From Octopus sinensis (Eukaryota): DNA of 64,000 nucleotides. Numbering within the stretch: position 1 is the stretch's first letter; every line of letters starts with the position of its first letter. Where the stretch lies: positions 69,936,001 to 70,000,000 of the forward strand of contig NC_042998.1 of NCBI RefSeq assembly GCF_006345805.1, in the 5' to 3' direction. Shown here in pieces: positions 1 through 12,649 of the stretch. Below the pieces are notes generated by a model that worked only from the letters and a program-made list of their open reading frames with translations, had not been told where the DNA came from and did no database searches. A program made the translations under genes and the position numbers.

Positions 1-600
1 CTCAACCATCAGTGTCGCAACCTTTACTACTTTCAAACGCCACCATCACCACTACCACTACAACCACCACAACTACCACCCAACCACTGCTACCACCGCT
101 ACTATTCCCATCGTCGGAGCCACCACCTTGCCCGCCGCCAGTGCCACTGCAATCACAATCACCACCTTTACTGCCACCAATACCAGAATCACAACTGCCT
201 CCGGCTTAAACACCACCACGCCAATCACCAACCTCGCATCACAACCCCACAACACCACCACCATCACCACCACAACCACCACCATCACCACCACCACTAC
301 CACCACCATCAACACTACCACCACTACAAATACCACCACAACAACCACCACCATCACCACCACCACTACTACCACCACCATCACCACCACCACCACCGCC
401 GCCGTCGCCACAACCACTATCACAATAACTATAAGAACCGAAACCAATCGAACTCCCCCCAGCACAACCACCCTCAATTACCACCACTACCACCACTACC
501 ACCACCATCACCACCGCCACCACCACCATCACCACCACCACCACCACCACCACCACCACCACCACCACAACAACAACAACAACAAAAACCTCCCAAATAT
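1..600. repeat. Degenerate (ACC/CAC/ACA)n trinucleotide microsatellite field
   Basis: Continuous imperfect ACC, ACT and ACA repeats ending in (CAC)n(AAC)n; ORFs in several frames are poly-T, poly-H or poly-V. Confidence 0.95.
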
Positions 601-957
601 GCGTTGACATCATAAATGAACGACGGTTGTGGGTAACAGAAGAGTAAATGGAAGTTATAGAAGGGTGTTGGGTAAACCTGGGTAGTTTGTGTTAAACGGG
701 TAGAGGTATATGAAAGCGAGACGATGGAGAGAGAGGAAGAGAGAGAATATTTGTAGCGGTTGTATCGAAGAACGACGCTATAAAATCAAGTTGGCTTTGA
801 AGAGATGATGGTGTCTAAGGCATGTGTTTTTAGCTTCATTATCCAAACATTTGCAAATAAACGTAGGAAATGGTGGAATTTATCAAAAACAGCCAACACA
901 ATCTTCGCCCGCTGTGTGTACGCTTACTTGCGTTGTGTATTCTTGTGTGAGAATGAA

Positions 958-966
958 TGCGTGTTT

Positions 967-1007
<41 letters not shown>

Positions 1008-1094
1008 TGTGTTGTGGTGGTGTGTGTGTGGTGTGAATGAGTGTTTGTATTTGTGTGTGTATACGTATATGCATATATATATATATAATATATA

Positions 1095-1176
<82 letters not shown>

Positions 1177-1621
1177 TATATATACAGACAGACATATATA
1201 GAGAGACAGACAGACACCGCAAAAGAAGAGAGCGAAAGGGAGAGTAAGAGAGAGACATGCAGGAAATAGACGGAGGGAGGGAGAGAGAAAGAGGAAGAGA
1301 GAGAGAGTGTGTGTGTGAGAGAGACAGAGTGAGAAAAAGAAAGACAAACATAAATATACAATGACAGACAGAAGGTGGGAGAGAGAGAGGGGGGGAATGA
1401 GAAGAGAAAGAGAGAAAGGGAGACGAGAAGAACGGAGACGGAGAGAGGGAGAGAGAGGAAGTGAGAAGGTGCATGTGTGTGTGTGTGAGAGAGAAAGAGG
1501 GAGAGGGAGAGAAGGAGAGAGAGAGGACGGACAGACAGTGGTAGGGAGAATTCACATTCTCTTGTCCATACTTATACACATTGTGAAAATGTGTGTATGT
1601 GCGTGTGTATGAATGTATCTG

Positions 1622-1652
<31 letters not shown>

Positions 1653-1727
1653 ATGTCTGTCTGCATGTATGTATGCATGCATGTATGCATGTATGCATGT
1701 GTGTATATGTATATATATATATGTGTG

Positions 1728-1758
<31 letters not shown>

Positions 1759-1857
1759 ATATATATATATATATATACACATATATATATGTATGTATGT
1801 ATGTATATATGTATGTATATGTATATATATATATGTGTGTATATATATGTATGTATG

Positions 1858-1899
<42 letters not shown>

Positions 1900-2335
1900 T
1901 ATATGTATGTATGTATGTATATATGTATGTATATGTATATATATATATGTGTGTATATATATGTATGTATGTATGTATGTATATATATATATATATATAT
2001 ACACATATATATATGTATGTATATATGTATGTGTATGTATTTATGTATATATATATATATATACATACTTATTCATATATAAATACATACAAATATATAT
2101 ACAAACTATATATATATGTGTGTGATACAACTATATATATATGTATGTATATATAATATTATATATTTTATATATATATATATATATGTATATTATATAT
2201 ATATATTATATATATATATATATTATATATATATATATTATATATAGTACACAACACTACGAATACATATACATATATATATATATATATATATGTGTGT
2301 ATATTTGTATGTATATATGTATGTATGTATGTATG
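958..2335. repeat. Compound microsatellite block (GT, AT, GA, GTCT, ATGT)
   Basis: Directly visible juxtaposed di- and tetranucleotide arrays. Confidence 0.95.
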
Positions 2336-2925
2336 CATAAAACACCGGTCCCAATCAGCAGACCCACTACAGGCCCCACCTCTCACAAACTATCACCACC
2401 TACCACTATCTCCTACAGTAGGGTGGTGTAGGATGCCGTGCCGTCAATGATACATACACACATACATGCATACACACATACATACACACATGAACTCATG
2501 CACATAGTTATATAAATCCATGCATATATATGTCTATACATAAATACATGTATATATATGTGTGTGTGTGTGTGTGTGTATGTGCGCACGCACACACACA
2601 CATATTAATAGATGATGCACACGCACGCCTATACCGATACCTTTATATTTTTTCTCCTCTTCCCCCTCTCTATATATCTCTTCATCCACGTATGCACTCT
2701 AACATATTAGGTGACAGCTATATCAACAGAGGAAAATCAATGCGTTTCACACACACACACACACACATACACAAACACACACACACGCACGCACACACAT
2801 ACACACACACACACACACACAAACACACACAGACGCACACACATAAGTCACTCATACACACCTACATGAACTCACACAAACGCGCACGCATAAAAATATT
2901 CATGCACGGGTAATTACAAGCATGC

Positions 2926-2966
<41 letters not shown>

Positions 2967-2967
2967 T

Positions 2968-3016
<49 letters not shown>

Positions 3017-3206
3017 ACATACATTATGTACGTATTACACGTATATATATATTTATGATAAATATATATTTAGTATATATATATATATATAAAATATATA
3101 ATACTCACATATATGTAAATATATGGATATATATACATGACATACATATATATATATATGTGTATATATATAATATATAATATATATATATGTATATATA
3201 TTATAT

Positions 3207-3237
<31 letters not shown>

Positions 3238-3471
3238 GCATGCACACACATTTAATTATAAGTATATACAGACACATTTCTTTAAACACACATATATATT
3301 TACGCACATCCAGATATTAACACGCTCATGTATATATATATATATATATATAATAAATACATGTATATATATGGTGTATGTATGTATATACATATATATG
3401 TGTAATATATGTGTGTATGTATACATATATATTTGTGTGTATATATACAAATATAAACACATATATGTATG

Positions 3472-3556
<85 letters not shown>

Positions 3557-4010
3557 CAACATCCATATATCAGGTTGTATGTGCAAGGCTCATATTTGTA
3601 TGAATGCATATTAATCCCGTTTTATTTCATATCTCAACATCCATAATATGTAAAAGAGGGAGAACAGGGAGAGAAAGGGAGAAATAAAGACAAAATCACA
3701 ACACACAAACAACCAAAAAAAAAAGGAAAAATAAAAAAAAAGTGAAACAAAACAAAAAAAACAAAACAAAAAACCCTCAAACAAATACCAAAAGAAAAAG
3801 GGCCAATTTTTTTTTTTTTTTTTTTTTGGGATGTCGAATGAAATAGCGAAATGACGAAAAGAAACCGAATCCCGTTTTGCTTGCTATATTCAAAATATTA
3901 ATATACTTTGTGGATCGCCATTGTTGATACTGTAATTGTTGTTGTTTTTTTGGTGCTGAAAGTGGTGCTGAAGATCGTGGTGTAGTATTCTAGTCCTATT
4001 ATTGTTGTTG

Positions 4011-4050
<40 letters not shown>

Positions 4051-4591
4051 CATTAATATAGTTGTTGATTTTGTTGTTGTTCCTGCTGCTGTTGTTGTTG
4101 CCATAATAATGTTTCGCTGTTCAATCTGTGGAAATGTTTCTTCTAAGGTTCACTGTAACCTTAATGTTTGTATGTTTGCTCGCATGAGGATGTTGCTATT
4201 GTTGTTGTTTTTGCTGATCTTCTTCTTCTTCTTCTTCTTCTTCTTCTTCTTCTTCTTCTTCTTCTTCTTCTTCTTCTTCTTTTCTTCTTCTTCTTCTGCT
4301 TCTTCTTCTTCTTCTTCTGCTTCTTCTTTATATATTTTATATGCATGTGAAGGAATCTTGAGTCTATGCATATAAACTCCCGGCACACACGCATATACCA
4401 CATACCTACATGCATACATACATGCATACATAAATACATGCATACATTCATACATACATACCTACATGCATACATACATACATACATTACCTACATACAT
4501 ACATACATACACACACACACATATATATATATATAATATATGTATGTATATATGTTGTATATGTATATATGTATATAAGTATGAGTATAAT

Positions 4592-4646
<55 letters not shown>

Positions 4647-4716
4647 CATATAGGTATATATATATACACACACACACACACACATATATATACATATAAT
4701 AATAATAATAATAATG

Positions 4717-4764
<48 letters not shown>

Positions 4765-5099
4765 TCTATATATATATAAAGTATGTATGAAAACGAGTGG
4801 ACTTCTTTTATATTTCACGGGCTCTTAAGTTAGACATTTAATTCTGGAATTGTTAGGCATTCTTAGTTTATATTTTAAATTTTGGTTTAGATTATAAATT
4901 TGCTGCAGATAGTTTTTAGGTGAGAGATATGACTTGTGACTTATCTTGTTAATTTTTCGTTATCGGATAAATACCCCACCCCCGCTACACAGAGTTATAT
5001 ATAGAGAGAGAGGAAATACATACACATACACAGGCATATATATATATATATATATATATATCCATGAAAGAACCACTCATGTAGACATGTTATGCATAA

Positions 5100-5267
5100 A
5101 AGCGCTTGTATTTATATCGCTGGTACTTATTTTATCGGTTAATTTTGCCGAACCGCCAGTTACGAGGACGTAAATACACCAATATCGATGGTCCAGTGAT
5201 GATGAGACACACACACACACATACATGCACACACACGCACGCACGCACACACACACATGCACTCACA

Positions 5268-5312
<45 letters not shown>

Positions 5313-5330
5313 CACACACACACACACAAC

Positions 5331-5361
<31 letters not shown>

Positions 5362-5460
5362 TGACCGGATTCTTTGTTTCCGTCTTCCAGATCCATTCAC
5401 AAGGGTGTAGTAGAAGACACTTGCCCATGCTGCTACGCAGCGGGACGGAACCTGAAACAA
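5100..5460 (-). mobile_element. tRNA-derived SINE with internal microsatellite (family A), degraded
   Basis: Reverse complement matches the plus-strand copies at 5478, 10600 and 27140 (gtgtcttctacta, ccgaaccgc..agttacg.ggacgtaaa motifs). Confidence 0.75.
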
Positions 5461-5477
5461 TGTATTCTGTCTTTCAG

Positions 5478-5822
5478 TCTCGGTTCAGTTCCACTGCGTG
5501 GCACCTTCCGCAACTGTCTTCTACTATAGCCTTGGGCCGACCAAAGCCTTCTGAGTGGATTTGGTAGACGGAAACTGAAAGAAGCCCATCGTATATCTAT
5601 ATGCGCGTGTATGTGTGTGTGTGTGTGTGTGTGTTTGTCCCCCCTCTCCACGATCATTTAACAGCCGATGTTGGTCTGTTTACGTAACTTAGTGGTTCGG
5701 CAAACGAGACCGATAGAATAAGTACTAGGCTTAAAAAGAATGAGTCCTGAGATCGATTTGTTCGACTAAAGGTGGTGCTTCAGCATGGCCGCAGTCAAAT
5801 GACTGAAACAAATAGACGAATA
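5478..5822 (+). mobile_element. SINE family A copy
   Basis: ggttcagttccactgcgtggcacctt...gtggatttggtagacggaaactgaaagaagccc...(GT)n...cagcatggccgcagtcaaatgactgaaac, shared with the other copies in the window. Confidence 0.85.
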
Positions 5823-5956
5823 AAAGAATAAAGGAATACTTACCAGTTGAAAGTTCTGGTGAGTCATATTAACAGAACCAGTATATATTATAATAAAACA
5901 AAGACTGGAAAGTTTGGTATATTAAAAATATACCAAACTTTTCAATTTCTATCTTA

Positions 5957-5987
<31 letters not shown>

Positions 5988-6074
5988 TGTATGTATGTAT
6001 GTATGTATGTATGTACTTACGTATGTATGTATGTATGTATGTATGTATGTGTCTCTTGTATTTTTTATTTATTA

Positions 6075-6320
6075 TAAATCTTCCACTGAGGAGGGAGCCA
6101 GTTTCCAACAAAGATACAAACTCCATCTCTTGGATGTAGTTAACACAGACAAATTCACATTCGGAATTTGAGAAAAAGAATCTTGCAAAATTTTTACTGT
6201 TCCACTGACAGATTGCACTTGTAATGTACGAATCAGCCGGTCGATTTCTCTTTCTGAAAATCCCAGTTTATCCAGATTATCTTTTAAGCATTTACTAACA
6301 AAACCTATTGCTCCAATTAT
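6075..6320 (-). mobile_element. 3' end of RLE-type non-LTR retrotransposon (R4/Dong-like)
   Basis: Minus strand reads IGAIGFVSKCLKDNLDKLGFSEREIDRLIRTLQVQSVSGTVKI, the C-terminal RLE region; homologous to 21855 and 48660. Confidence 0.7.
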
Positions 6321-8892
6321 GTATGTATGATGTATGTTTGTTTGTAAGTATGTATGTTCGCTTCTGTTTCTAATTATCTAAATTCTTCACCCGAGGAAGG
6401 AGCTGGTTTCTAACAAAGATACAAAGCTTCATCGTTGGAATGTAGATTAAAAAAACACACAAAAAAAAAAGTTAGTTTCAGTCACGATCATGCTTGCTAA
6501 GTTCCACGTTGATATGAGATGTATATTTTTTAAAATCTGATCTGGATAACGCTATGTTGGTAAGTAAAAGGTGTTTCTCTTATATGTAATTGGACAACTT
6601 ATCCAGTTACTGATTTAGGATGGTGGAGCCCGCATTATTGTAAATGAAAACACTCAAAAAGAAATTATAAACAGTCCTCTACATCTGAACGTCCGACGAT
6701 GACGGCGCCAGGGCTTGCCTTGTCTAGGGCCTTCATTTTTTTTTACGTTCATTGACTACAAAACGATGAAATGCACAGCCATATCTGAAAGGTAAAGTTG
6801 ATTTCAGATCACAAGAAAGCCGGACGAATACTTAAAGACCGAAAGGAAAACTAACGATTTCCTAATTCATCCATTTTAAAAATATTTTTTTCAAGTGTGC
6901 CTGCATCTGTGCGTGCATACGTACTATGTATTTATGTGTGTGTGTGTATGTACGTGTGTATGTGTGTGCATACGAGTGTTGTAACGAATGAAAGAAGATG
7001 TCATCAAAACTGGGGACAGTGTGTGAATAGTTTAATTCAATTAGATTTAAGCAATGAGATGCTGCTGTAAACTTTCGGGCAGCGCTCTGTTCTGTAAACC
7101 ATTTTGGATCCCAGACACACAACATCAAGATTTTGACAAGAACTATATCAGTATATATATTCTTTAAATTGGTCAGCAGAGCTCTTGCGTTGGTATGAAG
7201 CATGGAAACATAATTAGCTCAGCACTTATGCATACTCGAAGTGTGTTCACCCGAATATATATATATGTATACATACAAACACACACACACACACACACAC
7301 ACAACACAACACACATATATATATATATATATACATATATATGTTTGTGTACATATATACATAAATATATGTGTGTAAGCATATATTTGTATGTATGTAT
7401 ATATATATATATATACACAAATACATGCTTACACACACATATATGTATATATGTACATAAACAAAAATCTATAAAAATCTATAAAATCTATAAATATATA
7501 ATATAAATTACGTTTCGCTGGCGTGTGAATACATTTCTGAATAAGGCATGCTTGTGAATAAAATGCTTTAGTAAATGCATAACTACAAGCACACTCTTAT
7601 ATCTATTCGTACATGCTCGCATATACATACACACCCACGTACGTAGAAACTCCTGCAGACATTCTCTCGCATATTGAACTTATTCGCACAACCATAAACG
7701 CGCACCTAAATGCATGAATATTTTGTTCACATACACATGCATGTAAGCGCAAACTGATACAGTCGCCCGCTCAGGCGAACACTCTCATTCACACCTTTGC
7801 TCTGGATTCAAGTGAACGGAATACAAGACATATGGAGTTTGAGTTGTCCATGGTTGCATATTTAGCACATATGGAAATATAGTGAAATGCAAACGAATAT
7901 GCGGAGCTGCAAAAAAAAGAAAAGAGAAAAAATAGAAAACCATTAGACGGGAAGAGAAGCTTAGAGTTAGAGAGTTGGTACGAGATTGACACATGGTTAA
8001 ATTTCCGGACAAAATGTAGAATTTATGTAAAATGGATTAGTGCTCCGGGATAAAACGCCAGCGGAGATGAGGCAAAGTTATTCACAAAGGTTACTGCAGA
8101 CGAGGTCGCTTTCGTAGTGGAAGGAGAGAAGGAAGAGCACAGGGTGAATGAATGAGAGGGAAGAAGAAGAAGAAGAAGAAGAAGAAGAAGAAGAAGAAGA
8201 AGAAGAAGAAGAAGAAGATAAGAGAAGAAGAAGAAGAAGAAGAAGAAGCGGAGAAAGAACAGGGAAAGGTGTTGGAAAGGAGATAGGAAATGTAACCATT
8301 CCAGCTACAAAACCAGTTGATTATCCACATTCCTCGGATCAGTAACCGGTAATTTCAACATTAATGCACCTTCATCTTCTTCTCTCTTTCTGAGTGTAGT
8401 TTTAGGGAAGTTCCTAAATAGAACCGAAACCCGGTCAGGTCAGTTCAACTTTTTCTGATCCTGCAAAAAATTAATTTAGCGATCGTAAGGCCACAAAACG
8501 TATTTTGTGATTTATTCCAAGCTATCCTAATCCACTATTTTATTTATTTAATGCATTAATAATTAAGCAAAGGCTGCCAGCTGAGCACTGTTATGCAAAT
8601 CGGACGTAATCGATTTCACAAAATCATCTGATTCAATAGTTATTAATAGGCTCCTGCTATTAAATAAAGTGTTAGCACAGACGGCACGCAAATTAATCGG
8701 TCCAGTCCACTGTAGACATTGGAATTGTATATATAAACAGATTGACTGCTTGTTTGTCTGGGACTGGTCAAATTGATGTAGATACGTCTGAAAAGAATCC
8801 ATTAAGGTTCGAAGATCGATTAAGGTTGTTCATTTTTTTCAATCTACAGAAAAATAACTAAATTAGCCTTGCTTATGTGTCTACTACATAGG

Positions 8893-8929
<37 letters not shown>

Positions 8930-8930
<1 letters not shown>

Positions 8931-9143
8931 ATAATAATAAATATTGGATAAATCCAAATTTTCAGGGAAAAATCAGATTTAGTATTGAATCCAATTTTAT
9001 AGTAAATATTATAATATATTAATTAGAGACAAAACCACTATTATGCAAATCAAACAAAGAAAGACTTAAGCCAATACATAAAAAATTTTATTGGCTAAGT
9101 CTTCTTTGTTTGATTTGCATAATAGTGGTTTTGTCTCTAATTA

Positions 9144-9155
<12 letters not shown>
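8930..9155. repeat. Fold-back repeat with a stem of about 65 bp (arms 9011-9076 and 9089-9152)
   Basis: Arms are reverse complements apart from two 1-nt indels; 12-nt loop cataaaaaattt. Confidence 0.9.
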
Positions 9156-9181
<26 letters not shown>

Positions 9182-9208
9182 TCAGTTGAAACACTCCTGT
9201 CACAACAT

Positions 9209-9252
9209 GGGACCTTGAAGACTGCTTTAATGCAAGAAAGTATACTAGTCCC
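9209..9252 (+). ncRNA. Minimal type-I hammerhead-ribozyme-like motif with one extra core base
   Basis: GGGAC CTTGAAGA CTGC tttaat GCAA GAAA GTATAC TA GTCCC: 5-bp stem I, stem II TGC/GCA, palindromic stem III. Confidence 0.4.
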
Positions 9253-9492
9253 TTAATATTTGATATTCAATATTTCATCTATTTAATAAGACAGTCAATA
9301 CTTCATTTCATTATACAACTATATATACTTTTTATACTATATATTCTATATTCTACATTAATATTATAAAGAATATAAATAAAACATTAAAAAAAAAGAC
9401 AGAGTTGGAATTTCTTTGAATAATATTTTATTTATGTTTATTTATTTTATCTAGTTTCAGCTCACGAGCTGTGGCCATGCTGGGGCACGGCC

Positions 9493-9524
<32 letters not shown>

Positions 9525-9810
9525 CTTAAAAAAGAATATTATTGACAGTGGTTTCGAAGTTTCGGCCTATATAGCCATCATCAGAGTCAGTCCAACGATG
9601 GCTTAACTGGTCGAAACTTCGAAATCACTATCAATAATGATAAATTTGTACTCTACTAAAGTATAGATAAACCCATCAGATTAAGGTAATTTTGAAAAAT
9701 TATAATTGTGCATAAAAACAAACATATACATATATACATACATACGTACATACATATTATCTATCTATCTATCTGTCTGTCTGTCTCTTCCATCTATCTA
9801 TCTATCTATC

Positions 9811-9897
<87 letters not shown>

Positions 9898-10076
9898 ATA
9901 CATACATATATATTTGAGTAGTTGAATGAATTATCTTATTAAGGACAATTCGAATTAACCGATACCTGGGTAGCAAATTCACATCAGAAAAAACACGGTT
10001 GAAGTTACGTGCCTAGGGCATAGATACGTGCTTTCGTGTGGAAATTTGTATGTTTATTAATATATATATATATATT

Positions 10077-10120
<44 letters not shown>

Positions 10121-10599
10121 CGTCGATGACAGAAAGCATGCTATGCGGCTTCTGAAGACGATCCTAATTACGATCAAAACCTTATCCCTCTTTTCTGTCA
10201 GTGGATACAGACATGTTCCTTCAAATTTCATGGAAATAACGTGATGCAGATAAGAGTAGATCTTGTGTGTAAAAGAAATCTGGTGAATGCTACGGTTAAG
10301 TCTTTTATCTTTAGTTGTTGATGACATTAAACTGCGGCCATGCTGGGGCGCCACCTTCAAGGGTTTTAGTTGAATAGGTCGAAGATCGTACTCAATAGTC
10401 TTATATTAGCCCTTTGCGGAAAGAGCAAGTTACAGGGAACGTAAGCAAACAATCACCGGTTGTCAAGCGGAGGATGTGTATATACAAATAAACATATACA
10501 GATGTCTGTGTGTGTGTGTATATAATTAAATCAAAGATATAAAACCCTGTTTAAGGGATGCCAGCATCAATCTCTCCGTTTTCTTTTTGTCATATATAT

Positions 10600-10970
10600 G
10601 GCTGTGTGGTAAGAAGCTTACTTTCTAACCACATGGTTCCAAGTTCAGTCCCACTCGTGGCACCTTGAGCAAGTGTCTTCTATTATAGCCTCGGGCCGAC
10701 AAAAGTGAGTGGATTTGGTAGACGGAAACTGAAAGAAGCCCGTCATATATATATATATATTTGTATGTATGCATGTATGTATTTGTGTGTCTGTGTTTGT
10801 TCCCCCACCATCGCTTGGTGTGTTTGCGTCACCGTAACTTAGCGGTTCGGCAAAAGAGGCCTATAGAATAAGTACTAGGCTTTTAAAGAATAAGTCCTGG
10901 GGTCGATTAATTCGACTAAAAGCAGTGCTCCAACATGGCCGCAGTCAAATGACTGAAACAAATAAAAGAG
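10600..10970 (+). mobile_element. Near full-length SINE family A
   Basis: tRNA-like head ggctgtgtggtaagaagctt...gttcagtcccac, internal (AT/GT)n, tail gcagtcaaatgactgaaacaaataaaagag. Confidence 0.9.
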
Positions 10971-10990
10971 GAAAAGAGTATATTTATTTA

Positions 10991-11036
<46 letters not shown>

Positions 11037-11057
11037 CATACATCTCTCTCTCTCTCT

Positions 11058-11106
<49 letters not shown>

Positions 11107-11768
11107 CACAAATACACTCGGTAGGTAAAATATTTATAATCATTTCTAACTCTTGCCATCTGAAGAGAATATGCTTCGCTGATGAGATCTAACAAAAGTG
11201 AAATACGTCCGTTGCTTCCAAAAGATGATCTTAGGGAAAAGATCCGCTCCAATCTGCATCGACTTTATTTTACAAAAACCATGATTGACTCTATAATGTT
11301 GGAGTCTCTTTTCCTTTATATTTTTTCAATACCTCCAGAGGAAGGTTTTTCTTCTGATCGCAGGGATAATCTCAGTTAATCGAATTTTCTCAATTCACTA
11401 TATTACATATATAAAATCCTACGGCATAAATATGTAGCAATCCCATTTTCTTTTCTTTCTCTCAGAGTGGGAGAGAAAGCAGAAAATAAAGACACACCCA
11501 CACAACCACAAAACCATACTCAAACAAGTGCCAAAAGAAAAAAGGGCCAATTTTTTTTTCGGATGTCAAATGAAATAGCGAAATGACGAAAAGAAACCGA
11601 ATCCCGTTTTGCTTGCTATATTCAAAATATTAATATACTTTGTGGATCGCCATTGTTGACAGCACAGTTGTATTTGTTGCCGTTGTGAGTAGTGGTCGTG
11701 GTGGTAGCGGCGATGGTTCTTTTATGAGGATGTTCTCTGATCGGTTGTACTTGTTGTATTATTGTTAC

Positions 11769-11832
<64 letters not shown>

Positions 11833-12076
11833 TTTCATCTATTATTGTTGTAGTTGTTGTGGCTGATGTTGTTGTTATCGTTGTTGTTGCAGCTGTTGCC
11901 ATAATAATGTTTCGCTGTTCAATCTGTGGAAATATTTCTTCTAAGGTTCATTGTAACCTTAATGTTTCTTGTTGTTGTTCTTGTTGTTGTTGTTTGTTCT
12001 TTTTGACGCTATTGTTCCTCTTCCTTCTGCTTCTACTTCTTTCGATTTGGTCTTCGTCGAGATATATGTATTCATT

Positions 12077-12108
<32 letters not shown>

Positions 12109-12376
12109 TGTATGTATGTATGTATGTATGTATGTATGTTGTATTTATGTATGTATGTATGTATGTGCGTGCTTGTGTGTATGTATGTATGTATGCATAT
12201 GTGTATATTTGTGTGTGTGTGCATGTTTCTACATGTTCAAGGACAGAGCATATATTCAAATATGATAATATATTTATGTGTGTATGTGTGTGTGTTGTAT
12301 ATACATGTGTGTGTTTGTGTGTGTACATATATTTTTATATGTATATATAAACATATATATATGTATGTAATATGGA

Positions 12377-12431
<55 letters not shown>

Positions 12432-12649
12432 AATATATATATACTATATATATATATATATATTATATATATATATATATAATATATATAATATATATAT
12501 AGTCTAGCAAAAACTGTCCGACGAACAGGAACGTGAAACTAGTCAGAGTAACAGGTTTTGTTGAATTTCTGCTGCTTTAAATAAAGTATATATATATATA
12601 TATAATATATATAATATATATGAACGTATATACATATATATTGGCGAAG

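Noticed and set aside
128-607. 159-aa Thr/His-rich ORF (mucin-like or poly-His)
   Set aside because: Translation of ACC/CAC repeats; several frames on both strands are open; no splice or domain evidence.
3829-3927. Minus-strand reading WRSTKYINILNIASKTGFGFFSSFRYFIRHP of duplicated block A
   Set aside because: The single difference in copy 2 turns CGA into TGA in this frame.
839-4818. Many long YI/HT/VC ORFs here and throughout the window
   Set aside because: Stop-free microsatellite translations.
5844-5904. Isolated micro-exon candidates (also near 45978-45998, 50915 and 55809-55843)
   Set aside because: Single splice-site pairs at the frequency expected by chance, with no supporting peptide signal.
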